Shown: positions 19,292 to 27,159, numbered from the stretch's first letter. The stretch is DNA of 29,638 nucleotides from Candidatus Woesearchaeota archaeon (GCA_016181325.1 JACOZO010000002.1:1-29638); one strand, 5' to 3'. The notes: generated from the letters alone by a model not told the origin. A program made the numbers and translations.

Positions 19292-20857
19292 ATGCAAAAC
19301 CAAGAAAAAGAACTGAGGGAATTCCTGAAGGGGGTGCCTATAAGGCTCATTGGCTGCGAAAACGGCAATGAATTATATGCCAATGCCGATGAGGCGTCAT
19401 TCCCTACCTCTATGAAGCTCCTGAACGGCAAAGGATTTACTCTCATCTCGATGTTCTGCGAGGAAAAGTTCAACAGCTCAAGATTCACTCTGTTCTACGT
19501 GTTTGAGCGGGAATTATTCGACGATGTGCTGGTTGTAGTCAGAAACCTAAAATCCAAAAAGGCCGCTTCAGTGATGCAAATTTTTCCATCCGCGTCATGG
19601 TATGAAAGGGAAATAATGGACGGGTTTGGAATTGAATTTGAAGGCAATCCCGACAAAAGGCGGCTTTTCCTGCATGAACACTTTCCCAGGGACTTTCACC
19701 CCCTTCTCAAGTCTTTCAGGAACTCCCATATAAAATCCAATAACGGCAATAAGGCTGAGTACATGTTCAAGGAAATCAGCGGAGAAGGCGTCTATCAGAT
19801 CCCTGTCGGGCCGGTGCATGCAGGAATCATCGAGCCGGGCCATTTCAGATTCAGCGTGATAGGGGAAACAATATACAACCTTGAAATAAGGATGTTCTAC
19901 AAGCACAGGGGCATTGAGAAGCTTGCCGAAGGCAAAACCCCGGAATACTGCGTCAGGATTGCCGAGTCAATAAGCGGAGATGAGACTGCTGCAAACGCCG
20001 CTGCATTCTGCATGGCTGTTGAAAAAATCTCAAGCCGCACCCCTCCCATGAGGGCATTGCAGCTGCGCACAATATTTCTGGAGATGGAAAGGATTTACTC
20101 CCATCTTGGAGACTTGGCAGGCATGGCTGTCGATGTTGCATTTCCAGTCGGTGCAAGCCCTTTTTTCATACTGCGCGAGAAGATTTTGCGGGAAAATGAG
20201 CAGCTTACCGGCTCGAGATTCATGAAAGGGATCATGGCAATAGGCGGCCTGCGCAAGGATGTCAGCGAAAAGGCCATCAAGAATCTCAGGAAGTTCCTTG
20301 ATGCGTTTGAGCATGAATTCGAAAAGGCTCTTGACGTGGTATACAGCTCGCCTTCAGCAATAGACCGGCTGGAAACAACCGGCGCAATAAAAAATGAGAT
20401 TGTGAGGCCCCTGAACATAACAGGCCCTGCTGCAAGGGCATGCGGCTTTCAGAAAGACACAAGAAAAAACCACCCTTACGGAACATACTCCGGGCTTAAA
20501 TTCAATATCCATACATCAGAAAATGGGGATGTCATGTCCAGGTTCAATGTAAAGGCCGGCGAAATCATGGAATCTGTGAGAATCATCAGGAATACAGCTC
20601 AAAACCTGCAGAAAGGGCCGATCCTAAGCAAAGCCCGCATCAGGGACGGCCATTGCCTGTCCTTAGTTGAATCCCCAAGGGGGCAGAGCCTGCACTGGGC
20701 CCATATCAAACACGGGCTTGTGTACCGGTACAAAATCAGGACAGCATCTTTCTGCAACTGGCAGTCTATAGAGCATGCGGTCATGGGGAACATAGTGCCG
20801 GACTTTCCCCTAATAAACAAAAGCCTCAACCTGTCTTATGCAGGGACGGACTTGTGA
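19292..20857 (+). CDS. hyfG: Ehr large subunit (HyfG/HycE-like NuoC+NuoD fusion) without Ni-binding motifs
   Basis: WYEREIMDGFGI.FEGNPD.RRL (NuoC-like), GPVHAGIIEPGHFRF, YKHRGIEK and ESPRG. L1 reads ESISGDE and L2 reads NLSYAGTDL, with no CxxC. Confidence 0.93.
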   Translation: MQNQEKELREFLKGVPIRLIGCENGNELYANADEASFPTSMKLLNGKGFTLISMFCEEKFNSSRFTLFYVFERELFDDVLVVVRNLKSKKAASVMQIFPSASWYEREIMDGFGIEFEGNPDKRRLFLHEHFPRDFHPLLKSFRNSHIKSNNGNKAEYMFKEISGEGVYQIPVGPVHAGIIEPGHFRFSVIGETIYNLEIRMFYKHRGIEKLAEGKTPEYCVRIAESISGDETAANAAAFCMAVEKISSRTPPMRALQLRTIFLEMERIYSHLGDLAGMAVDVAFPVGASPFFILREKILRENEQLTGSRFMKGIMAIGGLRKDVSEKAIKNLRKFLDAFEHEFEKALDVVYSSPSAIDRLETTGAIKNEIVRPLNITGPAARACGFQKDTRKNHPYGTYSGLKFNIHTSENGDVMSRFNVKAGEIMESVRIIRNTAQNLQKGPILSKARIRDGHCLSLVESPRGQSLHWAHIKHGLVYRYKIRTASFCNWQSIEHAVMGNIVPDFPLINKSLNLSYAGTDL

Positions 20858-20864
20858 GCTTAAA

Positions 20865-21383
20865 ATGATAAAGCCAATCCAGAACATTTTCACGAAAAAA
20901 GCGCCGGAAGGCTTCCATTTTGACGACAAGGAATTTGCAGAGCTTGGAATGAAGCTGAAAAAAAATGTAAGCTCGGTATTCGGAAGAAGCCTTGCCATCA
21001 GGGAAGTCGACACCGGGAGCGACAATTCAACTGAAATAGAGATGGTAAACCTGACCACGCCGCATTACGACATTGAAAGATTCGGAATAACCTTTGTGGC
21101 GTCCCCGAGGCATGCAGACGCTCTGGCAGTCACCGGGGCAGTGACAAGAAACATGGAACTTGCCCTGAAAAAGACTTATGAAGCCACTCCAAACCCCAAG
21201 ATAGTCATAGCTGTCGGCGATGATGCATGCAACGGCGGGATATTCAGGAATTCATATGCTGTATGCGGAGGCGTTGATAAAGTTATACCTGTGGACCTTA
21301 AAATCCCCGGGAACCCCCCTTCCCCGAAAGAAATCCTCAAGGCGCTGCTCGCTTTAATGGAAAAAATTAAAAAAAGAAGCTGA
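20865..21383 (+). CDS. hyfI: Ehr small subunit (HyfI/NuoB-like) with all four FeS-ligating cysteines substituted (start 20865 preferred; ORF open from 20838)
   Basis: SLAIREVDTGSDNSTEIE, YDIERFGITFVASPRHADAL.VTG.VTRNM, AVGDDAC.GG and IPGNPP. Confidence 0.9.
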   Translation: MIKPIQNIFTKKAPEGFHFDDKEFAELGMKLKKNVSSVFGRSLAIREVDTGSDNSTEIEMVNLTTPHYDIERFGITFVASPRHADALAVTGAVTRNMELALKKTYEATPNPKIVIAVGDDACNGGIFRNSYAVCGGVDKVIPVDLKIPGNPPSPKEILKALLALMEKIKKRS

Positions 21384-21398
21384 ATATGCAGGCAAAAG

Positions 21399-22028
21399 AT
21401 GGCACAAGACCTGAAACCCACAAGAAGCGAACTGCTGAAGCTTAAGAAGCAGATAAAGCTGGCCAAATCAGGCCACGGGCTCCTCAAGAGGAAAAGAGAC
21501 GGGCTGATAATCGAGTTCTTCAAAATCCTGAAAAGGGCGAAGTCCATAAGGCAGGAGCTGACTGAGCAGTACAAAACTGCCCTCCAAAAAATAAATATTG
21601 CCAGGACACTTGAATCCGACCTTAAAGTCAGGTCCATAGCTATGGCAATAAAGGAGCTTCCGGAAGTTAAGGTGCAGGCCAGAAACATAATGGGCGTCGT
21701 CGTGCCTGCAATAAGCGCCTCCGAAATAAAAAAGCAGTTCATGCACAGGGGCTACGGCTTTTACGGCGTATCTTCTTCAATAGACGAAGCGGCGCAGGCA
21801 TATGAGCTGGTCGTTGAAAAGGCGATATTGATAGGGGAGATAGAGACTTCAATGAAGAAGATGCTGAATGAGATAGAGAAGACAAAGAGAAGGGTAAATG
21901 CGCTGGAATTCGTCGTGATGCCGAGGCTGGAGAAGCAGAAATCCTTCATCCAGATGAGGCTTGAGGAGATGGAGCGGGAGAATATCTTCAGGATGAAGCG
22001 CATAAAGACGAAGGCTGCTGCGGCATGA
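21399..22028 (+). CDS. atpD: A-type ATP synthase subunit D
   Basis: KPTRSELL.LK..I.LA..GH.LLKRKRDGL and EIEKTKRRVNALE motifs. Confidence 0.98.
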   Translation: MAQDLKPTRSELLKLKKQIKLAKSGHGLLKRKRDGLIIEFFKILKRAKSIRQELTEQYKTALQKINIARTLESDLKVRSIAMAIKELPEVKVQARNIMGVVVPAISASEIKKQFMHRGYGFYGVSSSIDEAAQAYELVVEKAILIGEIETSMKKMLNEIEKTKRRVNALEFVVMPRLEKQKSFIQMRLEEMERENIFRMKRIKTKAAAA

Positions 22029-22141
22029 ACAAAGAGGGAAAAAGAAAAACCATTGTCTGGTTCGTAAGGATCCTGATAGGAATCAATGCCGCAATCGTTC
22101 TTGGATTTCTGGTTTATATCTGGATTAGGTTTTGGCGATAA
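22025..22141 (+). CDS. Small single-TM protein, 38 aa, translationally coupled to atpD
   Basis: MNKEGKRKTIVWFVRILIGINAAIVLGFLVYIWIRFWR*. Its ATG overlaps the atpD stop (ATGA). Basic N-terminus followed by a hydrophobic helix. Confidence 0.6.
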   Translation: MNKEGKRKTIVWFVRILIGINAAIVLGFLVYIWIRFWR

Positions 22142-22185
22142 CTCCTAGCATTATTGATTGTGCAATAAATTCGAGGCAAAACACT

Positions 22186-22375
22186 AGAAAATTCTATGGA
22201 AATTTCTGTGAACTGGGAAATCCGTTGGATTTCCGGTTTCCCGAAAACTTATAGTTTTCGAGGATGCTCAAAAATCTCAATGATTTTTGACATTTTCTTA
22301 GCAGCAAAAATTTTGCCGAGTGACTTTTATGTCGCGAAGCGACGGGATGATTTTTATCATGAAATCAATATCATC
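22186..22375. repeat. Array of short hairpins (REP-like), including a copy of the element at 27062-27159
   Basis: ggaaatcc-gtt-ggatttcc (22216-22234), cgaaaact-tat-agttttcg (22242-22260), tcaaaaatc-N5-gatttttga (22268-22290), gtcgc-gaa-gcgac (22331-22343) and gatgat...atcatc (22346-22375). Confidence 0.8.
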
Positions 22376-22459
22376 TTCTGAAAATCAGTTAAATTTAAAT
22401 ATGAATAGTTCCATAATGCACATCAGTCATTTGATAGGCATTAAAAAAGAGGCATAAAC

Positions 22460-22675
22460 ATGGAAGAGGGATTTAAGAATGTGTTTCCGCTGTCAAGCAG
22501 CTTCATGCTCACCAGCATCTTAGGATTTCTGATTTCTGGATATTATGTCTATCCCAGAAGCATGCCATGGGGATTCACATTCATGCTGTTTTTCATGATA
22601 ATGCTCATAGCTTCGCTTATATCAATGGCGCATTCGCCGGGAGAATGGCCTATCAGGAAAAAAACTTCAAAGTGA
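22460..22675 (+). CDS. Small two-TM membrane protein, 71 aa
   Basis: gaggc RBS-like site upstream; two hydrophobic segments (PLSSSFMLTSILGFLIS; WGFTFMLFFMIMLIASLISM). Confidence 0.75.
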   Translation: MEEGFKNVFPLSSSFMLTSILGFLISGYYVYPRSMPWGFTFMLFFMIMLIASLISMAHSPGEWPIRKKTSK

Positions 22676-22691
22676 CATTATAATCTCCAAA

Positions 22692-23099
22692 ATGATACTG
22701 GCTTATCAGGAAATTCTTGCAAGGCTCGGGCTTGCAGTCATAGCAGGCGGCCTTATAGGCCTGGAGAGGGAAATAGTCCACAAGCCTGCGGGAATAAGGA
22801 CGCACATGCTTGTGTGCCTTGGCTCTGCATTGTTTATCTTAGTGGCTGTTCAGGAAATGCCTGATGAGTCGGCAAGGGTTATGGCCGGAATAGCAACCGG
22901 AATTGGATTTTTGGGGGCAGGCACAATATTCATGGCAAAAAATGCGGTGCATGGACTTACAACGGCAGCCTCAATCTGGGCAGTTGCAGCTGTAGGATTG
23001 ACCCTAGGGCTCGGATATTACATTATTGCATTGATATCGGTAGTGCTTATAGCGGCAGTACTGCAGCTTAACCGGATAAAATTCTTCAGAGAACTATAA
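22692..23099 (+). CDS. mgtC: MgtC/SapB family membrane protein (membrane domain only)
   Basis: GGLIGLERE...KPAGIRTHMLVCLGS, GIATGIGFLGAG.I and VHGLTTAASIWA.AAVG signatures. Confidence 0.93.
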   Translation: MILAYQEILARLGLAVIAGGLIGLEREIVHKPAGIRTHMLVCLGSALFILVAVQEMPDESARVMAGIATGIGFLGAGTIFMAKNAVHGLTTAASIWAVAAVGLTLGLGYYIIALISVVLIAAVLQLNRIKFFREL

Positions 23100-23125
23100 C
23101 TAACTATTGTATACTATACATTCAT

Positions 23126-25759
23126 TTAAAACTCAAAAATCTTTTGCTTTGCAGCCATTGCCGTCGGAGATTCGCCGCCGTGCCATGTGTACCTCGGCCT
23201 TACCCTTATGGGAAAAATCCTTTCGTTCGTGTCGTCAAAAATCACGGCTGCGCCTGACTCCCTCGGCAGCAGATTAAGCTGCTTGTCGATGCCCTCGCGC
23301 ATGTAGCTCTGCACAAGCATGCTCAATGCCTCGACATCCAGGTTTGCAGTCAGCCTATGGGATATCACTATGTCTGATTGAGTAATCACATCTGTGTGGA
23401 TTTTTCCCGGCTGCTGGGTTGCAAGTACAAGCGATATTCCTGGCTGGCGGCCTTCCCTCAGGATTGTTATCAGGGACTGCGAAGCTGACGTCGTGCCTTC
23501 CCTTGGCAGGAATTCATGGGCCTCGTCCAGGACAAGCCATACCAATGGCTCGCTGCTCTCCTTTTCCTGCTCCTCCGAGAAAAAATGCAGCGCCTGCGTG
23601 ACAGACTGCAGCTCCTCTGCCTTTCTTGCTACCATCCTCTGAATGAACAGCTTCTCTGCCACCAGCCCGACAACCAATGCCCTTAATGAGGATGCGCCTG
23701 CCATGGATGCATAGCAGCTGACATCGAGCACAGTGACCTGTCCGGGAACGACAAGGTGCTCTATCATCGTGCCTTCCTTGCTGAACAAGCCCCATTTATC
23801 TGCCAATAGGAACTTATTTTCAGCGGCGTCCTTGACTTCCTTGGTAACCCTGTCATCTTTATGGACCGCTTCTATGATCTCATGGATGTCGAACTCCTTG
23901 CCTTCCTCCTTCATCTCGTTTATAACGCGCTCTATAAGCACCGCCACCGAGTCATTCGGGGGGATCTCAAAAATTGACACCCATTCAGACGCGTCTATGT
24001 CAGAAGGCTTGACTGAAAAAGGGTAATCCGTAGGGATGCCCTGATCCTTGTAGCTTTTGAAATATCCTGCTGGCGTGAATATCTGTATATTGAGGCCCTT
24101 GGGCTCGATTTCCCACTGGTCAAGAAGGGGCTTTTCCTTGTTGTTCGGGTACTTCATCGTCCAATAAACGCCCATCGTGTCCAGCATTATTATGGAAAGC
24201 TTGTTTTTTATCGCTTCAGGAAGGTCGAATATTCCTTCTGCGATGGCGCCCATCGTGTAGCTGTTATGCACGATGATATTATTTGCAACAAAATTATGGA
24301 TTTCCGGCACGGTTATGTCATACACTGTAAATTCTCCACGAAGATTTTCTATTGAGACTATTTCATCCCAGAAAATATCTGACTGGGCGAGCATAAGCAT
24401 CCTATAATTATCATCAGCCATGGCTATCTGCAGAAGTTTCTGCCTTGAAGGAGAATAATTTATGCTTGATCTTGCTGCTTTTGGAAATTTATAATTTAAA
24501 TGCCTTCCTGCAGAGGCCCAGCTTCTTGGCCTGTAGAAATCCCACATTTCTTTAGGGATTGTATCAACATTAGGGTTTCTTTTTGCGCTTTTTAATTCAA
24601 GCAATGCGGCATTCTGCCTTTCCTCTTTCTGCCCAAAAAAGCCTATATCCTGTATGTATTTCTCGACATTATTCCCGTCCAAAACCAATTCGAAGCTATC
24701 AAATAACTTATTTCTACATTTTATTTTCTTATGCCTCAGTCTTGCTAAAATCTCAAATCTCAACAAAAGACTTTGAATCTGTCTGGCAAGCTTTAATGAT
24801 GAAGTAGAGTATGATATCTCCCAATATACCCTGTCTTTTTGCGGCTTGTATATACTTCCATCACAGCTAAAAAGCCTGTTAAGAAACAATGAAAGCCTGT
24901 TCTTAGGATACTGCATAATCTCATCAGAAAGGAATTTTTCTTTCGAGAGCAAATTGTAAATGCCGTGCTTTTCCAATAATTCGCGGATTTTAGTCTTCTC
25001 GTGAGTTATAGAAGTTCCTATGCTGAATTTTCCACCTATATCCCTGTTGATTTTGTAACCAAGAACCTTCCTTCTGTAATTCCTATAACTGACTTTGTAA
25101 TGTCCCTCCTTTAACCTGACTAGAGATATCTTTTCGTCAAGCCCTTTTAGGGAATTTTGCATATCCCGTATTATTTTTTCATCTTTATTAGAAAAAAACA
25201 TGGACTTTTTTGTGTGCCCTTCTGATATCATATATGCCAAAATCTTTACATCGCATTCCTGCTGTACAGCCGAGCCGAAAGAACTTATTTTTCTTGGAGT
25301 AGCTATCCTTTCTCCTGCCCCTAGCCTGCAAGAAGGCCTCCATCCTGCCACAGTTAAAAGGGGATGCTCAGGGGTAAGTTTTATCTCCCTGCCGCTTCTG
25401 AGCCGAATATGCAGCAAATCGCTTACCTTCCTTTTAAAGAACTCTGTCTTTTTACCGGGAATTATCTTTAAATCGTGGCTTAACCCCATAATATTGTTAT
25501 TCTTATAATCACATAAATCCCTGATTGGAACTTCTAAACCATTGTCTAGTGTCACAAAGGTATCCCCATGGAGGCATTTCCCGCTGCCCCTCTTGCCGGC
25601 GATGAAAACGACGTGGGACCTGGTGACGTCCATGTAAACCTTGTTTGACAGCGAAGTCGTCTGCCCCATCTGGACATACTGCTTGCCAAGAAATATCGTG
25701 CCGTCAAGCCCGAATTTCACCCTGTCAGACTCTTTCCTGCCAATTATAATCTCATACAT
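23126..25759 (-). CDS. HerA/DUF87-like P-loop ATPase precursor containing an intein (spliced product about 439 aa)
   Basis: HVVFIAGKRGSGK|SYT split Walker A, WLVLDEAHEFLP Walker B and REGRQPGISLVLATQQP. Confidence 0.9.
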   Translation of the reverse strand: MYEIIIGRKESDRVKFGLDGTIFLGKQYVQMGQTTSLSNKVYMDVTRSHVVFIAGKRGSGKCLHGDTFVTLDNGLEVPIRDLCDYKNNNIMGLSHDLKIIPGKKTEFFKRKVSDLLHIRLRSGREIKLTPEHPLLTVAGWRPSCRLGAGERIATPRKISSFGSAVQQECDVKILAYMISEGHTKKSMFFSNKDEKIIRDMQNSLKGLDEKISLVRLKEGHYKVSYRNYRRKVLGYKINRDIGGKFSIGTSITHEKTKIRELLEKHGIYNLLSKEKFLSDEIMQYPKNRLSLFLNRLFSCDGSIYKPQKDRVYWEISYSTSSLKLARQIQSLLLRFEILARLRHKKIKCRNKLFDSFELVLDGNNVEKYIQDIGFFGQKEERQNAALLELKSAKRNPNVDTIPKEMWDFYRPRSWASAGRHLNYKFPKAARSSINYSPSRQKLLQIAMADDNYRMLMLAQSDIFWDEIVSIENLRGEFTVYDITVPEIHNFVANNIIVHNSYTMGAIAEGIFDLPEAIKNKLSIIMLDTMGVYWTMKYPNNKEKPLLDQWEIEPKGLNIQIFTPAGYFKSYKDQGIPTDYPFSVKPSDIDASEWVSIFEIPPNDSVAVLIERVINEMKEEGKEFDIHEIIEAVHKDDRVTKEVKDAAENKFLLADKWGLFSKEGTMIEHLVVPGQVTVLDVSCYASMAGASSLRALVVGLVAEKLFIQRMVARKAEELQSVTQALHFFSEEQEKESSEPLVWLVLDEAHEFLPREGTTSASQSLITILREGRQPGISLVLATQQPGKIHTDVITQSDIVISHRLTANLDVEALSMLVQSYMREGIDKQLNLLPRESGAAVIFDDTNERIFPIRVRPRYTWHGGESPTAMAAKQKIFEF
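24263..25576 (-). mobile_element. Intein with LAGLIDADG homing endonuclease, 438 aa
   Basis: Starts CLHGDT.V, has block B TPEHPLL, ends VYDITV...HNFVAN.IIVHN followed by +1 Ser. LAGLIDADG-like helices ILAYMISEG and FLNRLFSCDG. A sampled line is about 33% GC versus about 55% in an extein line. Confidence 0.95.
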
Positions 25760-25874
25760 GCAGAAATAATATTTATTCCCCAGTATATAATTTTTGTGAA
25801 TTGCCGGTGACGAAAATCCATAGAAAGCTTTATCTATTTAGCATTTCTTCAAAATTCACTTCTGGTGCAGTTTT

Positions 25875-26895
25875 ATGGAAGACAATGAGAAGGAAAGCCT
25901 TGAGCAGGAATTGAGATTTCTAAAGGAAAGTTTCGATGCAGAAGTGATAAACAAGGAGGAGTATGACAAGGCCACTGAAAGGATTGAAAGGAAAATAAGG
26001 GAAATCGGGAGGCATTCGGTCAGGGCCAAGAAAGCCCAGGAACCTGCGCAGGCAGCATCCCCCGAAACCCACTCTTATGATAGAAAAGAAACGCCGGCTG
26101 AGGCAGAGCCTGCCATTGCAGAACAGGAGCACGAGGCTGCTGAAATCGCTGCAAATTCTGAGCATAAAGAAGAAAGCCCAGTGCATGCCGAAACTGCTGT
26201 TGAAATCCCTGTTACTGTCAACATACCTCCAAAGGCCGTTGACATAGGAACTGCAAAAGCACCGGAACCTGAAATCATCCCTTCTGAGCAGGATACACCA
26301 TCCAACAGCTGGCTGTGGATATCGCTTATTGTGGTGCTGGTGTTCGGGGCTGCTTATCTTTTCTATTCGGGAGATGACGGCCAGCAAGACATGAAAAACA
26401 TGGAAAATCCTGCAGGAAATACGAAAAGCACGATTGTGCTTGCCCCGGCTCCTGCTGAAAATGTCAATTCAACGGTCATAGTGCTGAGCAGCCAAGTTCA
26501 GCAGATTTGAGGGGCTGAAGCAGGTATTCCGCAAAACCGGAAATCATTATATCCTCAACGATGACGCAAGCGGGGGGAAATTCTACTTCGCAAGGGAAAA
26601 CATCCCAAACAGGATGACTTTATTTGTAATAAGGGACGACGCAAACAGCCAAAAGGCCATCTCCAATGCGCAGGAGCTCATAGACAAGTCCAACGGGCAG
26701 ATGGATTTTGAAGTGATAGACCTGAAGGACGGGCTGGCAAAGGCACTTGGCATCAAGACAGCGCCCACATTCCTTGTCAACAACCACATGAAATTCTCGG
26801 GAGTGCATTCCGCCAACACGCTGAAAGAAAATTTCTGCAGTCTCAACAGCGTGGAAGTGTGCAAGCTGACATTAGCAACCTATCTTAAGCAGTGA
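25875..26895 (+). pseudogene. Membrane-anchored protein (SHOCT-like N-terminus, acidic linker, TM helix, thioredoxin-like C-terminus) split by a frameshift near 26488-26510
   Basis: ORF1 25875-26510 stops shortly after VIVLSS. The +1 frame is open from 26488 to 26895 (AAKFSRFEGLKQVF...GIKTAPTFLVNNHMKFSG), with no good RBS-linked start of its own. Confidence 0.65.
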
Positions 26896-27061
26896 ATTCT
26901 GTATTGCATCTTGGAAATATAATAGAGGACATATATTTTTAATAAATAATCTGCCCCTATTATATTCGAAAGGCATAACTAATTTTTATTAAAATCTTAT
27001 GTCTTTCGTTATACTAAAGAAATATTATTATTTAATATCCTAAAGCTAAACTCGGCAAAAC

Positions 27062-27159
27062 ATTCAATCCGTCGCTTCGCGACATAAAAATGACTCGGCG
27101 AAAATTTGACTGCCACTAAATTTTCGCCTCGCACTATTATTGCCGAAGGCGGATTGAAT
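27062..27159. repeat. 98-nt MITE/REP-like element with terminal inverted repeats and internal hairpins
   Basis: TIR attcaatccg (27062-27071) / cggattgaat (27150-27159). Internal gtcgc-ttc-gcgac, an 11-bp stem ggcgaaaattt/aaattttcgcc (27097-27128), and gcc-gaa-ggc. Confidence 0.8.

Noticed and set aside
14286-21383. Annotation as a functional hydrogenase-4 / formate hydrogenlyase or NADH dehydrogenase
   Set aside because: No NiFe ligands, no FeS ligands, and no ferredoxin, formate dehydrogenase or NuoEFG module in the window.
6639-22003. Many minus-strand and alternative-frame ORFs across the ATPase/Ehr operon
   Set aside because: They overlap well-supported genes, have no recognisable motifs and show the composition typical of antisense shadows.
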